From Bryobacterales bacterium (GTDB lineage Bacteria > Acidobacteriota > Terriglobia > Bryobacterales > UBA6623): a stretch of DNA of 64,000 nt. The notes below the pieces were generated by a model. It saw only the letters and a program-made list of their open reading frames with translations. It was not told the DNA's origin and did no database searches. This document shows, piece after piece, positions 9,019 through 18,095 of the stretch (position 1 is its first letter; every line of letters begins with the position of its first letter). Location of the stretch: the NCBI GenBank assembly GCA_965248235.1, contig CBDFIU010000001.1, positions 151,313 to 215,312 of the forward strand, written 5' to 3'. The translations under genes and the position numbers were made by a program.

Positions 9019-10191
9019 CTAGTAATCCCGCACCTGAGACTGAAAGCCCTCGAAGTTGCGCTTCGTTTCATGGAGCGAGTCGCCGCCGAATTTTTCTAGA
9101 AAAGCCGAGGCGAGAGTGAGCGCGACCATGGCCTCCCCGATGACGCCGGCCGCCGGGACCACCGCGACGTCGGAACGCTCATACGCCGCGGTCGAGGATT
9201 CGCGGGTTTCGAGATCCACCGATTCAAGGGGCTTGCGAAGTGTCGAAATCGGCTTGATGTAACCGCGCACGACGACGTCCTGGCCGTTCGTTATGCCGCC
9301 CTCGAGCCCGCCCGCGAAATTCGAGCCGCGATGAAAAGCCCGCCGGGATTTATCGTAGTGAATCGTATCCTGGACCTTCGAGCCCGGACTCACCGCCGCC
9401 AACAGGCCGCGCCCGATCTCGACGCCCTTAACGGCTTGCATCGACAGAACGGCCTGCGCCAGCTTACCGTCGAGTCTCGTGTCCCAGGTGATATGCGATC
9501 CCAGCCCGACCGGCAAATTATGAGCCACGACCTCGAACACCCCGCCCCGCGTGTCGCCCGTCTTATAGGCCTCGTCGACAACGGCCTTCATGCGCTGTTC
9601 GGTCTCCGAGTCCACGCAATTGAGCAGAATTTCGTCCTTGTCGGCCAGCGCCTCGATCTCTTCCCAACTCGGATCGCGTTCGAGCGCCACATCGCCGACC
9701 GCGATCACGTGGCTGAGAATGGAAATGCCGAATTCCGCCAAGAATAACTTCGCGAAAGCTCCGACGGCGACTCGCGATGTCGTCTCTCTCGCGCTCGCGC
9801 GTTCCAGGATGTACCGAGCATCGGGGAAGTTAAACTTCAGCACGCCCGCCAGGTCGGCGTGTCCGGGCCGCGGCCGTGTGACGGGTTTCGCCGCGCTATC
9901 GCTGCCCTCCGCGTCTTCCACGGGTAGAGCGTCGGTCCAGTTCTCCCAGTCGCGGTTTTGGAGCAAGATCGCTATCGGCGAACCGATAGTCTTCGAATGC
10001 CGCACGCCCGAGACCACATGGGCCTTGTCGGTCTCGATCTTCATTCGTCCGCCGCGCCCGTAACCCTGCTGTCGCCGCCATAGTTGGCGGTTGACGAAAT
10101 CGAGCGACACCGGCACGCCCGCCGGCAACCCGGTCAGGATCGTAGCCAGAGTTTCACCATGTGATTCACCGGCTGTTTCAAAACGCAGCAT
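9019..10191 (-). CDS. aroC: Chorismate synthase
   Basis: 'MLRFETAGESHGETLATILTGLPAGV', 'RPGHADLAG', 'SARETTSRVAVGA' and 'GGLEGGITNGQDVVVR' are AroC signatures. Start trimmed to ATG 10191. The longer track ORF runs into an intergenic repeat. Confidence 0.9.
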   Translation of the reverse strand: MLRFETAGESHGETLATILTGLPAGVPVSLDFVNRQLWRRQQGYGRGGRMKIETDKAHVVSGVRHSKTIGSPIAILLQNRDWENWTDALPVEDAEGSDSAAKPVTRPRPGHADLAGVLKFNFPDARYILERASARETTSRVAVGAFAKLFLAEFGISILSHVIAVGDVALERDPSWEEIEALADKDEILLNCVDSETEQRMKAVVDEAYKTGDTRGGVFEVVAHNLPVGLGSHITWDTRLDGKLAQAVLSMQAVKGVEIGRGLLAAVSPGSKVQDTIHYDKSRRAFHRGSNFAGGLEGGITNGQDVVVRGYIKPISTLRKPLESVDLETRESSTAAYERSDVAVVPAAGVIGEAMVALTLASAFLEKFGGDSLHETKRNFEGFQSQVRDY

Positions 10192-10336
10192 TGAGCAATC
10201 GTAAGAGAAAGGGATGCCCCCTCGGCAAGCGAGAGGGTAAGTTCCCATAATAGCGAAGCGCCCCCCCGGCATCGATCGAAACGGCGGTGTGCGACATAAA
10301 TGTCGGGCCGCTCTCCAACCATCCGAGCAATAGAGA

Positions 10337-10478
10337 CAGAGGCGTGGACGGAAGTCCACGCTCAGCCCGGTTCACCGCGGTTCACCGGGCTTGAGTCGCA
10401 ATTAGGCCGGCTCTTGAGGGCCGGTTTAGAAGGGCTCTCCGTGGAATACGAGGCCGTTTCGATTCAACGGGCTTCTCC
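10337..10478 (+). repeat. Family-1 REP-like element, copy A (GNRA hairpin plus 3 units of a 10-bp repeat plus distal hairpins)
   Basis: cagag-GCGTGGAC-ggaa-GTCCACGC (stem 10342-10349/10354-10361), then gctcagcccg gttcaccgcg gttcaccggg, then ccggc..gccgg and ggccgtt..aacgggc hairpins. Aligns with 55788-55968 and 17964-18070. Confidence 0.8.
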
Positions 10479-10501
10479 CGCAAGGCTTTAGCCGCGGAAA
10501 T

Positions 10502-12211
10502 CTAGAAAACCACGCCCACCAGTTCGCCGCGCACTTCGGGGTCGCCGCGAAGCATTTTGAAAACGGCGTTAATTTCCCAACCTTTCGTGCCGCATTCGAG
10601 TCCACGCAGCCGCTTCGGCTTATCGTAGAGGGTCGCGGGCCGCCCGGCCGGCTCGCGCAGCCGCACCGTATAGCGGGGCGTGCGAAGCGTCACGATCTTC
10701 TCGCCGGCTCGGCACTCCACATCGCGAATGTGCCCGTAGACCAACACCGTCCCCGGCGGCGGCCAAGGCGCGGGTCCCGCTTCGACGACTCGCGGCGGCG
10801 GCGGCCGGGGAACCGGCGAAAGCGCGAGCGCCGTGACGGCATGAACTTGCCGGGTCCCCGCCGCCGGCTGGAATTTCTTTTCCAAGCGCGGCGCGAGCTC
10901 GCGCCCGATGGTGGTCCATTGCTGTTGCCGCCGTCGTCGCAATTCCCCGAGCTCGGTGCGGGCCCGCGCCGCCCATGCCGGTCTTTCCGCAAGCTCGGCC
11001 AGAAGGCCGGCGGCCCGTGTCCATTGCCCGGCCGCCATGCGCGCCTGCCCTTCGGTGAGCAAATACAAGGGTTGCGCCGGGTCGAGCCCGCGGGCGATTT
11101 CGGCGTGACGAACCCCCGCCCCGGCACGCCCCGAGCCGCCCTCTTCCACCGGACGTTGCAGCAGCAAGCTGTAACGATAATGCGTGCGCGCATCTCGGGA
11201 GCCGTTGTGAACCGCCGCGGCGAAAGCGCGCTCGGCTGTCTCGTAGCGGCGCCGGTCCATCTCGAGCGCCCCCAGCGATTCAAAGGGTTCGGGATGATCG
11301 GGGAACCGGCGCCCCAGCGAAACAAGTTCCCGCCGCGCCGCCGATAACTGTTCGGTTTCCCGCAAGAGATCAGCCCTTACAAATTGCAACTCCGCCGCCG
11401 TCATTTCCCGGGTCTGGATTGAGTCCGGAGCCGGCTCGATCTCGCCAAAGGCAAACCGCGTCGGTAGCGGCCAACCTGCAAGCAAGCCTCGCATGGCAGC
11501 CTCCACTTCCGCCGTGCCGATCTGCTCGATGTGAGCTTCCATCAGCGGCCAATCCATTCGCCGTAGGTCAAAGCCCTCCGTCGCCAGCCAATGCACCAGC
11601 AGTCGCGACTGTAGTCGAAAATCGGGTCCCTGGGCCAACGGTCGGCCGGGACCGGCCAGCAGACTCTCCAGCGTGATCCATGGCTGTTTCTTAAGAGTTC
11701 GCCGATCGAGTTCATCGAAGAAACCGAACTCCGCGACGCCATCGACCGGCTTCATCCGCGATAGGTATTCCGCCGCGCCTTCGCCGAACCACCTCGGCAA
11801 CTCCGCCGCCGCGAAGACGCGATGGACGTACTCGTGCGCCAACGCCGTCCACGGGTCGCCCGGCGCATGCTGGGCCGACACGATCCAGGCGCGGTCGACG
11901 CCGGCAACGAACAGGCCGCGCTTCGGCGCCACTCCCGCCGCCCGTCTCTCATAGGGAGCCAGCTCGGCGATGTCGGAGACCAGCAGCACTCGCACCCGAG
12001 GCGACGGCAGCGCCGCCGGGTGAAAGCCCATGGCGCGAAACCGGCGATCGAGAGTTTCGAGATAGCGCGCGGCCCGGATCGCGGTTCGGTCGTCGACGGT
12101 GGCGACGAGCTGAAAGTTCGGCGTCACCACTTCAATCGCCGCCCGATCTTGCGCCGAGCCAAGCGGCTCCGCCGATGCCAAGGCAATCAACGATAAGACC
12201 CACGGAATCAT
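10502..12211 (-). CDS. Secreted HExxH zinc metallopeptidase-like protein (peptidase MA / DUF1570-like) with TPR-like C-terminal region
   Basis: Signal peptide 'MIPWVLSLIALASA' (ATG 12211). 'ALAHEYVHRVF' HExxH with downstream 'GEGAAEYL'. Helical-repeat region and a small C-terminal beta domain. Confidence 0.6.
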   Translation of the reverse strand: MIPWVLSLIALASAEPLGSAQDRAAIEVVTPNFQLVATVDDRTAIRAARYLETLDRRFRAMGFHPAALPSPRVRVLLVSDIAELAPYERRAAGVAPKRGLFVAGVDRAWIVSAQHAPGDPWTALAHEYVHRVFAAAELPRWFGEGAAEYLSRMKPVDGVAEFGFFDELDRRTLKKQPWITLESLLAGPGRPLAQGPDFRLQSRLLVHWLATEGFDLRRMDWPLMEAHIEQIGTAEVEAAMRGLLAGWPLPTRFAFGEIEPAPDSIQTREMTAAELQFVRADLLRETEQLSAARRELVSLGRRFPDHPEPFESLGALEMDRRRYETAERAFAAAVHNGSRDARTHYRYSLLLQRPVEEGGSGRAGAGVRHAEIARGLDPAQPLYLLTEGQARMAAGQWTRAAGLLAELAERPAWAARARTELGELRRRRQQQWTTIGRELAPRLEKKFQPAAGTRQVHAVTALALSPVPRPPPPRVVEAGPAPWPPPGTVLVYGHIRDVECRAGEKIVTLRTPRYTVRLREPAGRPATLYDKPKRLRGLECGTKGWEINAVFKMLRGDPEVRGELVGVVF

Positions 12212-12396
12212 AATTGAAGTGATCGGCCTTCCGCGACGATCGTAACAGAAGGAGCGGCATGCGGGGGGCGACCGCCTTGTCCGAGGATTCCGGGCCGCTG
12301 GGTAGGTTCGCTGTTGGTCGGGAGATACGCTCTTGGTCACGATCATCTTACTTCCGCCGCTATTCTTTGCGTGGAGGGACTCCGTCGCATACCGAG

Positions 12397-12503
12397 GGGC
12401 TGTGAAAAATTGGGGACTGTACCGAGCGCCGACCGAATAAGTTCCACCAAATCAACAATTTCTCCTGGCGCGAAGTGGACTGTCCCCCATTTTTTCACAG
12501 CCC
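12397..12503 (+). mobile_element. Family-2 MITE-like element, copy 1 (107 bp)
   Basis: Ends gggctgtgaaaaattggggactgt ... actgtcccccattttttcacagccc form an imperfect terminal inverted repeat. Near-identical copies lie at 36856-36962 and 59552-59658. Confidence 0.8.
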
Positions 12504-12589
12504 CCGACGCTCGCGGCTCGGTTTGGGATGCTCGGTTTCGGCGCGCTAGTTTCTTTTTTTGGAGGCCGTTCTATGCTAGGCTGGACAAC

Positions 12590-13219
12590 GTGAGAGTCAA
12601 AACATGGATTGCCGTTCTTGTTTTGCTCTGCGGGGCGACGGCTTTCGCCGCTTCGCGAGGCAGCCTGCGCGCCAATACCGAGTCGCAGATCCATCAAAAC
12701 AAGCGTGCTGACCGCGATCACCTCTCTCGCATGAAGGACCGCGGCATGATCGAGAGCTGGTCTCGCTTGGAACTGCTTGTGCCGGTTCCGGCCAAAACGG
12801 CAAACTTTTATGTCCATCGCATCCCGGCGGAATACCGCTATGTCCGCCCCTGGACGAAGCTGTTCCTCGATCGGATCAGCAGTCAGTTTCGTCGCCGTTT
12901 CGGGCGTCCCCTGCGCATCACGAGCTTGACCCGAACTGTGGCATACCAGAATCAACTCTCGCGCCGCAACGGCAACGCCGCCTCGCCTTATGGGGAAAAA
13001 CGGTCGAGTCACTTGACCGGTGCCAGCCTCGATATTTCGAAAAAGGGTCTCAGCGGCGCTCAGGTGAGTTGGTTGCGAAGGGTGCTGCTGTCAATCCACA
13101 AAAAGCAGTACGTGTTCGCCGTTGAGGAATTCTACCAGCCCAACTTTCACGTGATGGTCTACCGCAACTACCCGAAGTACGTGGAGATGCTCCTGGCTCG
13201 GGCCAAGAAACGCGGATAG
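12590..13219 (+). CDS. LAS/M15-type metallopeptidase-like protein (VanY/DUF5715-like), secreted
   Basis: 'SSHLTGASLDI' fits the SxHxxGxAxD motif of M15/VanY peptidases. Signal peptide 'VRVKTWIAVLVLLCGATAFA' from GTG 12590. The upstream part of the track ORF overlaps the MITE and was discarded. The start codon is uncertain. Confidence 0.55.
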   Translation: MRVKTWIAVLVLLCGATAFAASRGSLRANTESQIHQNKRADRDHLSRMKDRGMIESWSRLELLVPVPAKTANFYVHRIPAEYRYVRPWTKLFLDRISSQFRRRFGRPLRITSLTRTVAYQNQLSRRNGNAASPYGEKRSSHLTGASLDISKKGLSGAQVSWLRRVLLSIHKKQYVFAVEEFYQPNFHVMVYRNYPKYVEMLLARAKKRG

Positions 13220-13656
13220 GCGGCATCCCATGGGCTAACCCCCGACGTGGCGCACGCTTTAGCGTGCCGTGTCGCCACTCCTGGCGACATGTCTCTCTTC
13301 CGAAAAGAGCCTTCGCGAGAATTATGTCCTACGCGCTTGCCCGGCCGGATCGCAAACACCTTGAGCCGCGAAGCGGCGGCGGGAACCCTGGGTGGAATCC
13401 CTGCCCGGGCGAGCCCTGAAAGGGCGACCGGAACCGCTCGCCGGACGCGACCTCTGGCCCTACCCCGCTTTTCTCATCGCGTGGCGAGGCAAAGTGCATG
13501 AGAGGGCTGTCAGTACGAGGCACGCGCCGCTTGACGACCCATCACTTAAGCAAAAAGGGGCGTACTTGAACAGTACGGTGAGCACGGCAGGCAACCGTAA
13601 CGAAGGAATGACAGGCCTATTGCGTGCTTCGACCGTCATGCGATGAGAAATGCGGG

Positions 13657-14040
13657 CTAGTAGCGCACGCCGCGGCGGCGTTCAGCCGCCCGCACTTCAC
13701 GCTCGTTCATTCCAAGATGATGCGCCAACTCGTGCCAGAGCGTGTTGTAGACAATGTCGGGGATATCGTCGGCGTGGCGGGCGGAGCGCTCGATCGGCCC
13801 TTGAAACAACGTGACCCGGTCGGGCAAAACCATGCCGTAGTGCACCGACCTCTTCAATAGCGGCACCCCTTGATAAAGCCCCAGCAGAGTCCCGTTGCGG
13901 GGCACGCGGGCCGAGCGCAGTTGTTCGATGCTCGGCTCGGGCTCGACGAAAATCGCCAGATTCGAAAAACGATCGCGGAAGGTTTCGGGAATGTCTTCCC
14001 AAGCTTGGTCGACGAGTTCTTCAAATTGCTCGGGCGACAT
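13657..14040 (-). CDS. Minimal zincin metallopeptidase-family protein (DUF1025/Zincin_1-like)
   Basis: 'MSPEQFEELVDQAWEDIPETFRDRFSNLAIFVEPEP' and C-terminal 'TLWHELAHHLG' HExxH. Start trimmed to ATG 14040. Confidence 0.65.
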   Translation of the reverse strand: MSPEQFEELVDQAWEDIPETFRDRFSNLAIFVEPEPSIEQLRSARVPRNGTLLGLYQGVPLLKRSVHYGMVLPDRVTLFQGPIERSARHADDIPDIVYNTLWHELAHHLGMNEREVRAAERRRGVRY

Positions 14041-14126
14041 GGGTTTAGACAGGGGAGGTTTTTTACGACTGAAGCCGGGTTCTATTTCGGCCCGCGGCGA
14101 CTTCCTGCCCAAAACCGCCCGAAAAC

Positions 14127-15470
14127 CTAGCTCAGGTCCAGGCCCGGCAGCCGGCCGGTGGCGTCGCCGAAGTGCTCCGCGTGGACGCCCATGCGATCCA
14201 TCATCGTCAGGAAGAGGTTCGACATCGGCGTCTCTTTGCGATACGTTACGCGGCGGCCCGTCTTGAGAAATCCGCCGCCGCCGCCGGCCACGACCGTCGG
14301 TAGGTCGTGGTGGGTGTGGTCATTGCCGTCGGAAAGCCCGGCCCCGTAGACGATCATCGAATTGTCGAGCAAAGTCGAATCGCCTTCCGGCGCCGCTTTC
14401 AGCTTCTGCATCCAGGCCGCGAACTGCTCCACATGATAGCGGTTGATGCGAACGACCTTTTCCATTCGTTCCGGATCGTAACGGTGATGCGTCAAGGGAT
14501 GATGGCCGTCCGAGATGCCGATCTCGCGATACGGACGCGAGGTGCCCTCGCGAGTGACAAGGAACGTCACCACACGGGTTAGGTCGGCTTGGAAGGCGAC
14601 CGTGATCATATCGGTCATCAGTTTGAAATGCTCGGCAAAATCAGCCGGGACGCCGTAGGGCTTATCCATGCCCGGATCGACTTGGACGCCGTCGGCCTCT
14701 GCTTTTTCGATTTGCCGCTCAATCGATCGCACCGAGGTCAGATACTCGTCGAGTTTGCGCCGGTCGGTCGGGCCGAGATCGCCTTGGAGCTTGCGTGTAT
14801 CCTCGCGGACAAAGTCAAGAATGCTGCGGCGAAAGCGATTGCGCTGTGCCCGCGCTTCCGGGCTCAAGTGGGCGTCGTCGCCGAACAGGCGCTCGAACAA
14901 GTCGCGCGGGTTGAGAACCGGCGGCAGCGGTTGCTTCTCACCTTTCCAGGCCAGATTATTCGTGTAGGCGCAGGAGTAACCCGAGTCGCAATCGCCGGCT
15001 TGGCGGGCGTCCTCGAGACCAACCTCAAGCGAGGGCAAGCGCGTTTTTTCGCCGATTTGATTGGCGACAATCTGATCGCAGGATATGCCGACGCTGATAT
15101 CGACCGCCGACTTACGGGGCTGAACGCCGGTCAAGTAGGAACCGCAGCAACGTCCGTGGTCGCCAGGACCGTCGAGCAGCGCCCGGCCGTTGTTGTGCGT
15201 CAAGTTGCTCAGCACGAGCAGGTCATTCTTGACTGGCTCGAGTGGCTCGAGAATGCGCGGCAGCGCGCCGAGGGGGCCGTCTTGATCGGGCGTCCAGTGG
15301 CGCATGTCGATGCCGTTGGGGACATAGACGAACGCCATGCGCACGGGAGTCTTGCCGGGAAGGCGACTCGACGCAAAAGCCGGGGCCATCGCGTCGAGAA
15401 CGGGCAGCGCCACGACGGCGCCCGCTCCGCGCAGAAAAGTTCGGCGGGGAAGTGCTTTCCGGGTAATCAT
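14127..15470 (-). CDS. DUF1501 (sulfatase-fold) protein with Tat signal
   Basis: 'MITRKALPRRTFLRGAGAVVALPVLDAMAP' twin-arginine signal, 'GNDHTHHDLP'. ATGA start/stop overlap with the upstream DUF1592 gene. Confidence 0.8.
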   Translation of the reverse strand: MITRKALPRRTFLRGAGAVVALPVLDAMAPAFASSRLPGKTPVRMAFVYVPNGIDMRHWTPDQDGPLGALPRILEPLEPVKNDLLVLSNLTHNNGRALLDGPGDHGRCCGSYLTGVQPRKSAVDISVGISCDQIVANQIGEKTRLPSLEVGLEDARQAGDCDSGYSCAYTNNLAWKGEKQPLPPVLNPRDLFERLFGDDAHLSPEARAQRNRFRRSILDFVREDTRKLQGDLGPTDRRKLDEYLTSVRSIERQIEKAEADGVQVDPGMDKPYGVPADFAEHFKLMTDMITVAFQADLTRVVTFLVTREGTSRPYREIGISDGHHPLTHHRYDPERMEKVVRINRYHVEQFAAWMQKLKAAPEGDSTLLDNSMIVYGAGLSDGNDHTHHDLPTVVAGGGGGFLKTGRRVTYRKETPMSNLFLTMMDRMGVHAEHFGDATGRLPGLDLS

Positions 15471-17794
15471 TGTCCGGCGACCTCCGTCGGCATGCGGCCG
15501 ACCTGTGTTGCGTCCTCTCCCCGCCGCATTTGGAAGGGGAGACTGCGCACCACTTCGTACACCAGCGACTGGAACGGATAACCGGCGGCATCGAGCTTGC
15601 CGGTGATCTCGGCCAACGCCCTTCTATCATAACTCTGGAGCCCGCGTCCCAGGCCGTAAATCAACATTTTCTCGGTCACGGCGCGGGCGAAGTCTCGCAG
15701 ATCCAGTTTCAAAATCTGCTTCATCTCGGCGGGGCCGGAGAAAGACTTTCCGTTCGGAAGCGTTCCGCCGGAGTCGATCGGGAAGTCCCCGTCCTTTTCG
15801 CGCCAGCGGCCGATCGCGTCGTAGTTTTCCAGGCCGAAGCCGAGAGCATCCATGCGATCGTGGCAGACGGCGCAGGCCGGGTTGGCGCGGTGCTGTTCGA
15901 GTTGTTGACGCAATGTCCCGGTGCTGCCGACTTTGGTTTCGTCGAGCACGGGAACGTCGGCGGGCGGGGGCGGCGGAGGCGTCCCGAGGATCGCCTCGAG
16001 CACGTACTTGCCGCGCAGCACCGGCGAAGTTCTGGTCGGATAGCTCGTCACGGTCAACACGGCGGCTTGGGCCAACACGCCCCCGCGCTGGTCAGTGTCG
16101 AGTTCCACTCGCCGAAATTCAGGGCCCCTAATGCCCGAGATGCCGTAGTGCTTCGCCAAGCGCTCGTTGAGGAAGGTGAACCGCGCATCGAGGAAGTCCG
16201 TCATCGGGCGGTTCTCTCGCAACATGGCTTCGAAGAACAGGCGCGTTTCGGTCTTCATCGCTTCCCGCAAACCGGCGTCCCAAGTCGGGAATTTGTCCGG
16301 ATCGGGAGTCACGCCGCCGAGGTTGCGGGTTTGCAGCCATTGGCCCCCGAAGTTCGCGGCCAGGGCCGCCGACTTCTCGTCGGCCAGCATTCGCGTGAGT
16401 TGGGCGTCGAGGACGGCCGGATCGCTAAGGCGTCCGGCCTCGGCCAGGCCGAGGAGTTCGTCGTCCGGCATCGAACTCCACAAGAAATAGCTGAGCCGCG
16501 AGGCCAGCTCGATGTCGGAGACGCGGTGAACGCCGGCCGGGTCGACGGGGTTCGGGTCGCGCTCGATACGGAACAGGAAGTGCGGCGAGACCAGTATGGC
16601 TTGGATCGCCAACTGTAGACCTTGCTCGACGCTACGGCCCTCTCTCCGCGCCTGTTCGACAAACCCCGCCAACGCCCCGACTTCTTGCTCGGTCACCGGC
16701 CTTCGGTAGGCGCGGCGGGCGAGTCTTGCAACAATTTGGCGAACGCATTGTTCGCCGCTTTTGGGATCGCAAACCAAGACGGCGCCCCGCCCCGGGTCCC
16801 GACCTTCAGCCGGGAACGGGCCCGTAAAAATGATCGAGTCGAGAAACTTGTTCTTCTTGCGGCGGTAAACATCCTCTTCACACAAGGTCTCGACAAAGTC
16901 GTCGTTGATGAATCCGGCCTGAAAAACGTGATCGCCCGCCGGAAGATAGAGCCGCATTTGCTCGATCGAGCGTGGCAAAAAATAGACCAATTCCGAGGGC
17001 TTGGTTTCCACCTGCATCGAGTGGAGTAGCTCGCCGTCCATTCGGAAATTCATCGTCACCGGCGGGCTGTCGGGGCGGCGCTCGCCCGGCAGGATGATGC
17101 GAACCACGTATTCTCCGCTCCATTCAACGCGGTGGGTGGCTTCGATCGTGCCGGGATCCAGCCGCAGAATCGTCTTGTCGCGGCCGCGGTAGGCGGCTTC
17201 GAGCGGCTTACCGGGAAGCGGGTCGGCCCCAATCGCGGCGGCGGCGATGCGCTCGGCCGCGGCCAGGTATTTTTCCATCAACAACGGCGAGACGCTGAGC
17301 ACGTCGCCGATGTTGTCGAACCCATAGCCGGAATCGTCGGAGGGAAAATCGGTTTCGGCGTGAAAGGAAACGCCGAGCAAATCGCGGATCGTATTCGAGT
17401 ACTCGTTGCGGTTCAGGCGGCGGGCCGTAACGCGGCCCGGGTCGAACGGCATGCGGCGGTCGGCGCGGTCAAACGCGCCTTTCACGAACGCCACGAAGGC
17501 GTCAATGCCTTCTTGCGGGGGACGCGCCGCGCCGCGCGGCGGCATCTCCCCGGCGCTGACTTTTTGAACGATGCGTTCCCAGCCCTCGCGGTATTTCTCG
17601 ATCGACCCGGGGTCTGAAAAGGCGCTTAGGTCGAGGTCGCCCGAAGTAATTTTTGCGTTGTGGCAAGCCCGGCAGGTGTCGGCCAAGATCGGCCTGACGG
17701 CCCGGTCAAAAGTCGAGGTCGTTTCCGGGGGCGCCGCCATGACCGTCAACGACAAGGCCAAAAGAGCGACGAGTGGGAAGACGGCGAGCCGCAT
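15467..17794 (-). CDS. PSD-type cytochrome-c domain protein (DUF1587/DUF1592/DUF1595/DUF1588/DUF1585 architecture)
   Basis: Signal peptide 'MRLAVFPLVALLALSLTVMA' (ATG 17794), CxxCH 'CRACHN' and a second C-terminal 'CAVCHDRMDALGF'. Classic pairing with a downstream DUF1501 gene. Confidence 0.75.
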   Translation of the reverse strand: MRLAVFPLVALLALSLTVMAAPPETTSTFDRAVRPILADTCRACHNAKITSGDLDLSAFSDPGSIEKYREGWERIVQKVSAGEMPPRGAARPPQEGIDAFVAFVKGAFDRADRRMPFDPGRVTARRLNRNEYSNTIRDLLGVSFHAETDFPSDDSGYGFDNIGDVLSVSPLLMEKYLAAAERIAAAAIGADPLPGKPLEAAYRGRDKTILRLDPGTIEATHRVEWSGEYVVRIILPGERRPDSPPVTMNFRMDGELLHSMQVETKPSELVYFLPRSIEQMRLYLPAGDHVFQAGFINDDFVETLCEEDVYRRKKNKFLDSIIFTGPFPAEGRDPGRGAVLVCDPKSGEQCVRQIVARLARRAYRRPVTEQEVGALAGFVEQARREGRSVEQGLQLAIQAILVSPHFLFRIERDPNPVDPAGVHRVSDIELASRLSYFLWSSMPDDELLGLAEAGRLSDPAVLDAQLTRMLADEKSAALAANFGGQWLQTRNLGGVTPDPDKFPTWDAGLREAMKTETRLFFEAMLRENRPMTDFLDARFTFLNERLAKHYGISGIRGPEFRRVELDTDQRGGVLAQAAVLTVTSYPTRTSPVLRGKYVLEAILGTPPPPPPADVPVLDETKVGSTGTLRQQLEQHRANPACAVCHDRMDALGFGLENYDAIGRWREKDGDFPIDSGGTLPNGKSFSGPAEMKQILKLDLRDFARAVTEKMLIYGLGRGLQSYDRRALAEITGKLDAAGYPFQSLVYEVVRSLPFQMRRGEDATQVGRMPTEVAGQ

Positions 17795-17963
17795 GGCTGG
17801 TTTCACTATACGACAGAGCGGTGAACAGCTAAAGGCCGCCGATTTGGGATCTCTCCCAAGAGTGCTGGAGGGTGTCTTCGTGAAACCCTGTAACAAGAAA
17901 ACTCGGACAGCCCGCCACCGGATTGGCGTGAACCCTAGACGCGCCGCAAACGGGCCATCACCT

Positions 17964-18070
17964 CCACGAGCCCGGTTCACCGGGCTTGGGAATTCTCCCC
18001 TAGGCCGGCCCTTTCGGGCTGGTAAAATAAATTCCTTTATCAGAAATATAGGCCGTTTTTAACGGCCTTC
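17964..18070 (+). repeat. Family-1 REP-like element, copy C (5'-truncated), immediately upstream of the Y1 transposase gene
   Basis: tccacgagcccggttcaccgggcttggg aligns with copies A and B. Hairpins ccggccc-tttc-gggctgg (18006-18023) and aggccgtt-ttt-aacggcct (18051-18069). Confidence 0.7.
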
Positions 18071-18095
18071 CCCTATCCTCGCACCAGGTACGTAA

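Noticed and set aside
10192-10359. N-terminal extensions of track ORFs: aroC to 10359, the HExxH protein to 12346, the M15-like gene from 12314, the DUF1592 gene to 17980 and the MobB-like gene from 29897.
   Set aside because: The extensions run through interspersed repeats or the preceding gene and have no family similarity. Internal starts give proper signal peptides or canonical N-termini, some with RBS support.
13220-13656. Tested the convergent spacer as RNase P RNA, tmRNA, a cobalamin riboswitch or a c-di-GMP-I riboswitch.
   Set aside because: No GAGGAAAGUCCGGGC or ACAGAACCCGGCUUA (RNase P) on either strand. No tRNA-like GGUUCGAnUCC...CCA 3' end (tmRNA). 'gggaaccctgggtggaatccc' superficially resembles the B12 core, but there is no B12 box and no downstream gene to regulate because both flanking genes end here. 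It is kept only as an unclassified structured-RNA candidate.
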